Assembly (NCBI RefSeq): GCF_964194155.1
Contig: NC_135895.1
Span: 50,654,001-50,718,000 of the forward strand
Reading direction: 5' to 3'
Origin: Cetorhinus maximus
Taxonomy: Eukaryota
Length of the DNA: 64,000 nucleotides
In this document: positions 1 to 11,534 of the stretch, one piece after another
Numbering within the stretch: the first letter of the stretch is position 1
How the letters are laid out: each line of letters starts with the position of its first letter
Translations under genes and position numbers: made by a program
Notes under the pieces: generated by a model
Seen by the model: the letters and a program-made list of their open reading frames with translations, nothing else
The model's database searches: none
Told to the model about the DNA's origin: nothing

Positions 1-608
1 TACTCCAGCTGACTCAGAAATAGGGGAAAGAAACCAATGGAGTAAGGACACCAATCTTCTAATTGCAAAAAAAATAAAATAAAATATAATAAACCTCAGC
101 AGAAAGAAAAATATGCATACGTAAAACCTTTTAACCAATAAAAATGTAGTTAATCATTTGTTAATCATTCTACACTGATGAATAAAAGGAACATTTGTGA
201 TGATTATTTAACCATATTTATTGTCTCATTTTTATTGGTGGCAAAACATGTTATTTTCTATTTTCACCTATGCTTTCAACAACATAAATGTAGCATTTTC
301 TGCAAAGTGTTCTACAACGTTTCATTATATTTAACCTCAATTTACTTCAGATCACATTGTTTTTATCCATATATAGCAAGCTTACTGTGATTCATTAGAG
401 AATAACAGTTCCCAATCTATGATTACATGAAGCAGGCAGAATTTGCTTGTTTTTATGTTTTATCACTAACAGGCTTTTTTCAGATAGTGAGACAGTTTAA
501 CACATGATTGTCCTAAGAATAAGCCTCAAACAATTCAACCTGTGCTTATGCTTTCTACCCCACTCTACTGATGGTTTTATTAACTAAAGGTTAATGCAAA
601 TCACTTAC

Positions 609-727
609 CTCACTCAAACATCACCTGAGATCCAATTTATGCAGTGTGTGGACTGCTGATTACTAATGTACTGTTGCGGTGATGGTGGTGGGGTGTTTAT
701 GGATCAACCTAGATACTACAATACTGA
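609..727 (-). other. Candidate alternative (stop-containing) NFIA cassette exon
   Basis: Acceptor tttattttttcacctccccacctacag|TC and perfect donor GAG|gtaagt. In the NFIA frame it reads ISIVVSRLIHKHPTTITATVH* (TAG at 663-665). No transcript evidence available. Confidence 0.4.
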
Positions 728-974
728 CTGTAGGTGGGGAGGTGAAAAAATAAATCTCAAGTTCCCTTACATGCTTGGGGTTGGAGGGTGGAAATTTCCA
801 ACTTGGAGCATGATTGTTCCTCTTGGCCCTAAAATGTCTTAAAAGAAATCCTACAAGAACTTAAATTCCCCTGAGTGACTTTTAGCAGTTCCTATAAGGA
901 ATGCATGGGCATACTCTGGCTATTGGTATATTAAAATTGCAACCTAGGGTATAACACAAGATTGCATATTTTTG

Positions 975-1380
975 ACAAGCAACTTGATTTTAATATTCTC
1001 ATCCTTGTTTCCAAATCCCTCCAATGCCTTGTCCCTCCCTATTATCTGTAATCTCCTCCAACCCCACAACCCTCTGAGATACCTGCACTTTTCTAACTCT
1101 GGCCTCTTGAGTATCCCCAATTTTAATTGCTCCACCATTGGTTGTATCTACAGATGCCTAGGCTTCAAGCTCTAGAATACACCCACTATGCCACTCCGCC
1201 TCTCTATCACACTTTCCTCCTTTAAGACATTACATAAGACCTATTTCTTTGACCAAGCTTTTGGTTATCTGACCTAATATCTCCTTGTGTGGCTTGGTGT
1301 CATACTTTGCTTTATAATGCTCCTGTGAAGCATCTTGGGACATTTCATTACCTTAAAGGTGCTATAAATTGTTGTTGTTG
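975..1380 (+). mobile_element. L2-type LINE 3' end fragment
   Basis: 3' motifs ctttgaccaagcttttgg...gctcctgtgaagcatcttgggacatt...taaaggtgctataaat and (TTG)n tail. The same family recurs at 23005-23129. Confidence 0.6.
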
Positions 1381-1940
1381 CTAAAAGGTACTGGTGCCTA
1401 TTTAAAAGCCTGCCTGAAAATTGAATCAGGTGGGAAAATGGGTATCTAAAATGTCTTACTTTCTTCTGCCAGTCTCCTATTTAACGGGGGAGAAGTGGGT
1501 GGCTGGCAATTGGAAATATCCATGTGTGTATAAAGGCAATTTGCTAATATGCCCTTTGCCACATTAATGGAACCAATTTTGAAAAGTGAAATGAAGAAAA
1601 CTCTGAACAACTTTCACATTTTGGAATTTTTGTGGTTTATGGGAGAAAATACAATTAAAAAGAAAATCATTTACAAACTGAAACAAAAGCAAGCATAATG
1701 TATTTATCTGGAAGCCAGCAAACAAATAACCACGGGAAAAAAACAACACTTTACACTCAAAGAAAAACAGAAATAAAACTCCAATTCTTCTATTCAGATG
1801 CATGACTTTGATGGGCAGCAACTTTATAAAGACAAAAAGTTAACCAACTTCTTTTCAACATGAATACATACTTAGATACAAATGACCTCATGCTTGGACC
1901 ACTGTAGAAGGCCAGCATCATGTATTTTCATATAATATTA

Positions 1941-2198
<258 letters not shown>

Positions 2199-3681
2199 TT
2201 ACGGTTAATGGAGGCATCAGTGTAAAAGAATTGTGATACTGAAGGAAGTTAAACTACAGAATTTCTCTTTCTCAAACTATCCACACTATTAATTAATTTG
2301 TGGCTGTTCCTTTTGTCAAACCCTCTACATTCTTCAGCCAACAATAAGAGTAATGCGCCATCTCAGCCTGGAAGAGCTGGGGACCCAATATTATATTTGA
2401 TAGTCTGATATTAAGAACAGATTTTATACATTGTTGTAGCACTACCATTTTAATAATATCTCTATTTTCAGTACAAAGTTGTACCACTCCCATTGCTGAT
2501 ATATTCAGTATCAAACACTGAAGAGAAATGGGCACACAAAGCATGAGTACGTCTTATAGCTATCCCAACAAATATTTTGCATAATAACTTAAGCAGCTGA
2601 CAATCTTATGCTCAAAGATAGAGGACAAATATATTTTTTGATCATTTCAATGAAATGCAATTGAAATTGTGGAAGGCAATACTATCCCTAAATACTAACT
2701 ATGAGAAATGCTATTTCATCAGTGACTGCAAAGATAGTAACCAATCACAATGCAACTGTATTAATTACTGTTACACACCTTGGAAGCAGTATTACATGAC
2801 AGATTAAATACCATTTCATGATAAATACCATATTAGTCAGGCAATTTATGATTGCGTAATGTGTTACTTCAAATTTTTCAAAAACACTGATGTACATGTA
2901 CAGTGGTGACAGTCATCATCATGTGTGCTCTGCTCAAAGGCAGGTCCTTGGCTCATAGTAGTCTTTCCATTTCTCTCTATCCTGTGCCAGTCTTTTCATT
3001 TGCCAATAACTTCCTTCAATTTTCAAGCCATACAGCATTGATATTCTCTTCCTTCCTCTTCCTCCTTGCCTCCATAACGTCTCTCACAAGTTTCCTCTTA
3101 AGCTGTGCTCTAGCCAGACTCTCTGTCTGTTCCTAATTATATTCAGCAAATTTCTTTCTTCATTCACCCCTTGCGGGACTTCTTCATTTGTTACTTTTTC
3201 TGTCCAAATGATCCTTTCCATTCTCCTCCAAACCTACATTTCAAAGCTATTTAGCAAGTTGGTCTCCTCTTTCCTTAAGGTCCAAATCTCAAATCCATAC
3301 AAAACAACACTCCAAATTAAGCTCTGTACATGTTGCTTCTTGAATTATTTATTCCGCTTTCCAATTAGCAACTCTCTCTTACCAAATACAGCCTTTCCCA
3401 TTGCTTTCGTTGTTCTTATTTCTTTGTTGTACCTTCCATCTGCAGATACTATGCTTCCTATATACTTGAATTGTACCTGTTCTAGTTCTTTTCCTTCTAT
3501 GAATATATGAATATTTCTTTGTGATTTTGAGATATGCATCTCTTTGGTTTTGCCAATGTTCCCATTCATTCCAAAGTTCATGCCTACTATTGTTAGTCTA
3601 TCTACTAGTTCTTGTAATCCTTCTGTACTTGCTACTAGTGCCTTGTCATCTGCAAATCTAACTGATGTTATCATTTTCCTC

Positions 3682-3911
3682 AACAAAAACAGAATTACCT
3701 GGAAAAACTCAGCAGGTCTGGCAGCATCGGTGGAGAAGAAATCAGTTAACGTTTCGAGTCTTCATGACCCTTCGGCAGAACGGGTCATGAAGACTTGAAA
3801 CGTTAACTGATTTCTTCTCCACCGATGCTGCCAGACCTGCTGAGTTTTTCCAGGTAATTCTGTTTTTGTTTTGGATTTCCAGCATCCGCAGTAGCTTTTA
3901 GCTTTTTGTTT
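3682..3911. mobile_element. Fold-back mini Penelope-like element (inverted 3'-end duplication)
   Basis: 89-bp inverted arms (3682-3770 / 3782-3870, 1 mismatch) nearly identical to the 3' end of the PLE at 56683-59038. 14-bp TSD ttatcattttcctc (3668-3681 / 3912-3925). Confidence 0.85.
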
Positions 3912-4650
3912 TTATCATTTTCCTCCTCAATCTTAACGCTAGGCTCTGTGACTTCACAAGCTTGTTTGATCATTGCTTCTGCATAGACATTGAGGAGGAC
4001 TGGTGATAAACAATACTCTTGTCAAACACATCTTCCAATTACCCATGGTTCCGACTCCCTGTTGGCTACTCTCACTGTTGCTGTTTGTTCCATGTACAGA
4101 TTTCTTAGGAGTCGTCTATCTCTCCAGTCTAGTCCAATGCCTTTTAGCACTATTAAGAGCTTAACCCAATCAACCTGAATGAAGGCTTTTTCAAAATTTT
4201 CTGACATATAATTCCTGTCCAATCCTAAACTGTGTTCACTCATTAATCTTATAATACCGATTGGTTCTCTCATCCCTCTTCTCCCCTGGAATCCAAACTG
4301 GTCATCTCCATGTAGTTTTGCACCTTCCCATCCACCCTAGTTGTTACAATTCTCAACACAACCTTCGATACATGGACAATCAGACTAATGTGCAAAAGGC
4401 ATTAGCCTGCCTTTGGCTTTTCTTATGATGATCATCATTGTTTGCATGAAGTCCTCTGGCCATTCTCCTGGTACGTAAGTATCTTTGCACAGCTTAGTAA
4501 ACTTTGATATTAAGTTCTTTCCTAATTTTTTAAACAAACCTGCAGATATTTCATCTATTCCAAGTATTTTTCCAGTTTTTATCTCATTTATTGTTGCTCT
4601 TATTTCACTCTCTAGTATTTACTTACGAACATACAAATTAGAAGCAGGAG

Positions 4651-5035
4651 TTGGCGAGAGTTGGCAAGTACAGCAGGGACTGAAAGCATGGAGAGAGAGA
4701 GAGAAAGTGGTGGAAAGAGAAAGTGCGAGTTCACTCCGAGAGTCAGCAAGAACAGCGGGGGCTGAAAGTGTGGAGCAATAGCGGGAGTTCATTCCGAGAG
4801 TCAGCGAGAACAGCAGGGACTGAAAGCGTGGAGAGAGAGAGAGAGAGAAAGTGGTGGAGAGAGAAAGAGAAAGTGGGAGTTCACTCCGAGAGTCGGTGAG
4901 AACAGTGGGGGCTGAAAGCACAAAGGGATAGCGGGAGTTCACTCCGAGAGTTGGCGAGAACAGTTGAGACTGAAAGTGCGGAGAGAGAGAGCGGGAGTTC
5001 ACTCTGAGTGTCGACGAGAACAGCAGGGGCTGACC
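4651..5035 (+). repeat. Tandem monomer array at CR1 5' end
   Basis: About 5-6 imperfect units with core gggagttcactccgagagtc..cgagaacag..ggg.ctgaaag and variable (GA)n. Confidence 0.8.
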
Positions 5036-6805
5036 TCTGACCAGTTTCCACATTCTAAAACAAAAATCAAGATGGGACATCACAGGGGAGCAGGTAGGTG
5101 ATTAGCTGGTGAGTATCCATTGGCTTTGCTTGATTGTCTTTCAAATTGGTCATTCATTTGTAATTGTAAGGTTTTATTAGCATCAGTATGGTTTATAAAT
5201 AGTAGTAAGCTTATCCTGGGTAGTAGGATTTGTTAATTATAAATAAATTAAGAAAAATAATTAAATTATTTAACACGTAATAAAAGAGCACAAGAGGAGC
5301 CGAGAGTTCAAAAGGAACTAGCTGTGATGCTAGTGATGGGTCTCAGTGGACCAACCAGATTTGGAGAAAATAAAGTATGATGTCATAGGGAACTGGAGAG
5401 GAGCCCAGGAGGTAAAAGAGTGCAAGAGGGATGGAGCAGCGAGGCTTCATAAAGAGGCGCGAGAGGGAGAGGAAGAGACAACTGGTCAGCGACAGGTGAT
5501 TAAAAACCTTATAAAGTTTAGGTATATCAGTGCAGCTCAGTCATGTGGAACGTGCATCCTGCAGGATGTGGGAAGTTGTGCAGGTACAAAGTGCCCTCAG
5601 TGACTACATCTGCAAGAAGTGTCATCAACTGCAGAAACTTGAGTGGCAGCTGGAGTCACTGTACTGAATCCGCAAGGCTGAGAATTAAATGGATAGCATT
5701 TTTAGAGAGGTGGCCACACTGCAGCTAAGTAGTACATAGGCAAATAGGGAATAGGTGATTGCCAGAGTATCTAAGAGAAACAGACAGGTAGCGCAGGAAT
5801 CCCCTGAGGCTATCTCGTTCCCCAATCGCTTTTTCATTTTGGATAGTAGTGAGTGAGGTGGTTCTTCACAGGACTGTAGCAACAGCCACAGCACCACGGG
5901 TAGCTCAGCTGCACAGAAGGGGAGGGGGAAGAGTGGAAGTGCTATAATAGTAGGGTATTTCATAGTTAGAGGAGCAGACAGGTGTTTCTGTGGCCGTAGA
6001 TGTGACTCCAGGATGGTATGTTGCCCCCCTGGTGCCATGGTCAAGGATGTCACAGAGTGGTTGCACCCTTTGGGGGAGGGTGAGCAGCCAGAGATCGTGG
6101 TCCACGTTGGACCAATGACATAGATAGGAAAAGGGATAAGGTCCTGAAAGCAGATTTTAGGAAGTTAGGAAGGGAATTAAAAAGCAAGACCTCAAGGGCA
6201 TTAATCTCAGGATTACTCCCAGAGCCACGTGCTAGTGAGCAAACGAATAGGAAGATTGAGCAGTTCAACACGTGGCTGGATAAATGGAGTAGGAAGAAGG
6301 GCTTTAGCTTTCTGAGGCATTGGGATCAGTTCTGGGGCAAGTGGGACCTGTATAAGAAGGGCGGGTTACACCTTAACACGACTGGGACTAATGTCCTCGC
6401 GGGGAGGTTTGCTAGTGCTGTTGGGGAGGGTTTAAACTAGATTAGCAGGGGGATGGGAATCTGAGGGGAAATTCAGAGAGTAGAGAAGAAAAACTGGCAG
6501 TGGGGGGTAGTGAAGTATCAACTGATAAAGAGCATATATCAGAGAGTAGTATCAAGGTAGATAGAATACTTGGAGGGTTTGATAGGATTAGAGGAAGCAA
6601 TAGTAAGTCATTAGATGGGGTCAGAATAAAGCCTAAATCAGGGCTAATCTGCATGTATGTGAATGCATGGAGTGTGGTTAATAAGACTGGTGAACTGCAG
6701 GCACAGGTTGACAAATGGAATTATGATATTATTGCTATAACAGAGACCTGGCTCAAAGAAGGGCAGGACTGGACGTTAAATATTCCTGGGTACAAGGTGT
6801 TTAGG

Positions 6806-7672
6806 AGATTCCTCACTACTCCTTAGATACTGAGGCAGTCCATGTACAAATGTAACAAGACCTGAACAATATTCAGGCTTGGGCTGACAAGTGGCAAGTA
6901 ACATTCATGCCACAAAAATGCCAGACAGTGTCCAGCTCCAGCAAGAGAGAATCTAACCACCGGCCCTTGACGTTCAATGGCACTACCATCACTAAATTCC
7001 CCCACTATCAACATCCTGGGGTCTATCATTGCCCAGAAACTGAACCGGACTAGCCTATAAATTCTGTGACTACAACAGCAGGTCAGAGGTGAGGAATCCT
7101 ATGATGAGTAACTCACATCCTGACTCCCCAAAGCCTGTCCACCATCTACAAGGCACAAGTCAGGAGTGTGATGGAATATACCCTGCTTGCCTGGATGAGT
7201 GCATCTCCCACAACACTCAAAAAGCTTGACACCATCCAGGACAAAGAAATGTGCTTGATTGGCATCCCATCCACAAACATTCACTCCCCCCCACCACCGA
7301 TGCACAGTAGCAGCACTGTACCATCTACAAGATGTACTGTAGGAATTCGCGAAGGCTCCTTAGGCAGCACCTTCAAAACCCACGACCGCTACCATCTAGA
7401 AGGACAAGGGTAGCAGACAGATGGGAACACCACCACCTGGAAGTTCCCCTCCAAGTCACTCACCAGCCTGACTTGGAAATTTATTGCTGTAATTTCACTG
7501 CTGCTTGGTCAAAATCCTGGAACCCCTAACAGCACTGTGGGTGTACCTACACCACATGGACTGCAGTGGTTCAAGAAGACAGCTCACCACCACCTTCTCA
7601 AGGCCAACTAGGGATGGGCAATAAATGTTGGCCCAGACAGTGAAGCCCACATCCTGTGAATGAATACAAAAA
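6806..7672 (+). mobile_element. 5'-truncated jockey-group (CR1/L2-related) LINE nested in CR1 ORF2
   Basis: QAWADKWQVTF, YKAQVRSVMEY, LDTIQDK motifs and 3' tail cacatcctgtgaatgaat+A. The host CR1 resumes at about 7673. Confidence 0.85.
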
Positions 7673-10275
7673 AAGACAGGAAAGGAAGAAAAGCGGGGTG
7701 GGGGGGAGTGGCAATATTGATTAAAGATGGCATTACAGTACTGGATTGAGAGAGAGAGAGAGGATGTTCCAGAGGGGTCAAGGATGGAATCTCTCTGGCT
7801 AGACATAAGGAATGAAAAAAGGTGCAATAATATTGATTGGTGTAGTATATGGACCATCAACTAGTGGAAGGGATGTGGAGAAACAAATTTGCAAAGAAAT
7901 TACAGGGATGTGCAATAATTATAGAGTAATCTTAACAGGGGACTTGAATTATCCAGATATACACTGGAATGGGAATCATACAAAGGGACAAGAGGGACGA
8001 GAGTTCCTGGAATGTGTTCAAGATAATTTTCTACAGCAGTATGTTTCCACTCCAACGAGAGGACATGCACTTTTGGACCTGGTTCTGGGGAATGAGTTGG
8101 CCCAAGTAGATCAAATATCAGTGGGAGAGCCTCTAGGGGACAGTGACCATTGCATCATAAGGTTCAGGTTAATAATGGAAGAGGACAGGGAACAATCCAG
8201 ACCAGGGATAATTAATTGGAGAATGCATCTGAGTGAGTGAGTTGAAATTAAATGTTGGCAGAAAAGACAGCAGTTGAACAATGGCCAACTTCAAAGAAAA
8301 AGTATTGTAGGCAATGTCAAGGTATATTCCTTTGAAGGGGAAAGGTAGGACAAATAAATCCAGAGTGCCCTGGATGACGAGAGAGATGGAGGTAAAGATG
8401 AAAAGGAAGAAGTGCGCGTACGGCAGATGTCAGGCAGAAAATACTATGGACAATCAGGCTGAATATAAAAAGGACCAGAGGGAAAGCGAAGAAACTAAGA
8501 AGAAAAGCATGGAGAGAGCATGAAAAGAGGCTGGCAACAAACATAAAAGGGAACCCCAAGGTCTTCTATAAGCATGTAAATAATAAAAGGTTGGTAAAAG
8601 AAAGAGTAGGGCCGATTAGGGACAAAAAAGGGGACATACTGGAGGCTGGAGAAATAGCGAAGGTGATGAACAAGTACTTTGCATCTGTCTCTGCAAAGGA
8701 AGAAGATGGAAGAAGGAGGTAACTGGCACACTAGAAGAACTTACAATCAAAAGAAGGGGGTGTTGGAAAGGCTATCTTTACTTAAAATAGATTGGGACCA
8801 GGACTGGTGAGATGCATCCAAGGGTACTGAGGAAAATGAGAGTGGAAATTGCAGAGACACGAGTGATAATCTTTCAGCCTTCCTTAGATGCAGGGGAGGT
8901 GCCAGACGACTGAGGAATTGTGAATGTTACACCCTTGTTCAAAAAGCAGTGCTGGCAACGACAGACAAGTCATTTTGACTTCAGTGGTAGGGAAACTTCT
9001 GGAAACTATAACACGGAATAAAATCAATAGTTACTTAGACAAGTGCAGGATAATTAAGGAAAGCCAGCATGGATTCATTAAGGGAAAATCATGTTTAACT
9101 AAATTGCTGGAGTGTTTTGAGGGGGTAACAGAGAAGGTTGATGTGGTGTTTATGGATTTCCAAAAGGCATTTGATACAATGCCACACAACAGACTGTGAA
9201 CAAAATTCTAGGCCAAGGAATAAAAGGGAAAGTAGGCACTTGGATAAGAAATTGGCTCAGTGACAAGAAAGAGAGAGTAGTGATAAATGGTTGTTTTTCA
9301 GATTGGAGGAAGGTTTGTAGTGGAGTTGCCCAGGGGTCAGTGTTGGGACAGGCATGATTTCAAAATTTGCAGATGATACAAAGATTGGAAATGTTGTCAA
9401 CTGTGATGGGGATAGTCTTGAACTTCAAAAGGGCATAGACATGTTGGTGGATTGGCAGAAAAGTGGCAGATGAAGTTCAAGGCAGAGAAGTGTGAGGTGA
9501 TTCATTTTGACAGGAAAAAATATGGTGAGACAGTATAACATAAAGGGAGAGCCTCTAAAGGAGTTGCAGGAACAGAGGGACCTCAGTGTGTATGTACATA
9601 GGTCATTGAAGATGACAGGGCATGTTGAGAGAGCAGCTAATAAAGCATAAAGTATCTTAGGCTTTATTAACAGGAGCATTGAGTACAGAGTAAGGAGGTC
9701 ATGTTGAACTTGTATAAGACACTAGTTAGGCCTCATCTGGAGTATTGCGTCCCGTTCTGGGTGCCATACTTGGGGAAGGATGTGAAGGCTTTGGAGAGAG
9801 TGCAGAGGAGATTTATAAGAATGATTCCGGGGATAAGGACCTGTAGCTATGAGGATATATTGGAGAGGTTGGGACTCTTTTCCTTGGAGAAAAGAAGGCT
9901 GAGAGGAGATTTGATAGGTGTATTCAAGATCCAGAGGGATATGGACAGAGTAAATAGTGAGAAACTGTTCCCACTCAAGAGAACATCAGAAGTAGAGGGA
10001 ACAGATTCAAAATAATTGGCAAAAGGAATAAATGTGATGTGAGGAAAATTTTTTTCACACGGAGGGTGGTTGGAGTCTGGAACAAACTTCCTGAAAGGGT
10101 GGAGGCAGATTCGATTGAGGTATTCAAAAGGAAATTGGATTGCTACCTGAAAAGAGAGAATGTGCAAGGTTTCAGGGATAAAGCAGGCGAGTGGGACTAG
10201 GTGGAATGCTCTTTCAGAGAGCAGGTGCAGACTTGATGGGGCAAATAGTCCCCTTCTGCACTGTAAAGATACAGT

Positions 10276-10716
10276 GAGTAGGCCATTCAGCCCTTGAGCC
10301 TGCTCAGTCATTTGATAAAATCATGGCTGATCTGATTGTGGCCTCTACTTTCTTGTCACCCCCTATACTTTTTTTTTCCCTTGTCTGTCAAGAGTTTATC
10401 CAATTCAGCCTTAAAAATATTCAACGACCCTGCCTCTACTGCTCTCTGGGGAACAGAATTCCATGGACAAATGACCCTCTGGGAGACCTCTTACCTTTAA
10501 ACTGTGTCCCTTAGTTCTAATCTCTCCCAAAAGGAGGAACATCCTTTCAGCATCCACCCTGTCAAGTCCACTCAGGATCTTATATATTTCAATAAAATCA
10601 TCTCTCATTCTTCTAAACTTCAACAGAAACAGGCCCAACCTGTCCAACCTTTCCTCGTAAGACAACCCCTTAATTCGAGAGATCAGTGAGCAAACCTTCT
10701 TTGCACTGCTTTCCAC
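10276..10716 (-). mobile_element. CR1 3' fragment (its tail lies at 4621-4650)
   Basis: LSYEERLDRLGLF..FRRMRDDFIEIYKIL. The 3' UTR is split by the + strand CR1 at a shared gagt. Confidence 0.75.
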
Positions 10717-11534
10717 GAAAATGCTTTTATTTCTGGTCCAATGAAATCGATGTCAATATTACTCTCTTCCAGCTCAATCATTCCAAATTTTTTACTTTCT
10801 GCATATAGTTTTTCAATATGCTCCTTTCATCTTTTTCTTATTGCATCAGGGTTTGTTAATAAAACACCTTCCTTAGTCATTATTGCTGTTGTTTTCAGTC
10901 TTTATGCTGAGTCCCCACTTGCCTCATTTGCTTTTGTGAACAAAAGGTCTACCCTTCCTAGTTGATCCAACTCTTTGAGTATATCACACTGCTGTTTTAA
11001 TCCTGTTCTCATGCTTTTCCTGTTGTTCTTCTTAACTCATTATTCAAGTGGCTACATTTCACCTTGCCTTCTTCAGTATTGGTATTCTTCCATTTTTTCC
11101 TTTCTTCCAACTTCTGCAACATTGTAGTCGTAACCCATGGTTTCTTGATCCTTTTCCCTCATAAAAGCCCTATGCTATTTCCCCTTCTTCCCTGGCAGAT
11201 TTTTAAATCTGGTTCCATTGTTCATTAGTGCCAGTGGTATCTTTATTTTTTATAACCAATGCCTCATTTACTTCACTTACAAATTCTTTATTTACATCTT
11301 TCAGCTTCTCAAGGTTCCACTGTTTTCTGCATATCAAACCTTAGATTTTCTTCATCAGAATACTGCTTCAAGTTACACAAAATTATGATCTGATTCTGCA
11401 TCAGCTCCTGAATGTTCCAACTTTTGGTGGGAATTGCCCTAGTCATGTAATCTGTGGTCTGTTCTTACACATCACTGAACAAAAATGGAAATGTCTTTAC
11501 ACTGATAGGAGTATATCTTCCACCCTTCACAAAT

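Larger units (their letters stand above)
4651..10275 (+). mobile_element. Near full-length, degenerate CR1 LINE (5' tandem monomers, ORF1 with SGNH esterase-like region, ORF2 APE endonuclease + RT)
   Basis: ORF1 GDS/VRGAD..VCCPPGA..VVHVG(T)ND-like region near 5950-6440. ORF2 YVNAWSV, IAITETWL, GDLNYP, LLDLVL, GDSDH, DFQKAFD, FADDTK, LYKTLVRPHLEYC. Many stops and frameshifts. Confidence 0.88.
2905..11520 (-). mobile_element. Degenerate RTE-like LINE split by nested insertions (own pieces about 2905-3681, 3912-4620, 10727-11520)
   Basis: RT motifs VRFADDKALVAST, FKYIGSIVSADGR, FEKAF..VDWVKL. The peptide GPEI|LESEI is continuous across the 4621-10727 insertion. Confidence 0.75.

Noticed and set aside
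4651-5035. Repeat array as CRISPR-like or as Pol III B boxes
   Set aside because: Eukaryotic context, no unique spacers, and GTTCACTCC does not fit GTTCRANNC; better explained as CR1 5' monomers.
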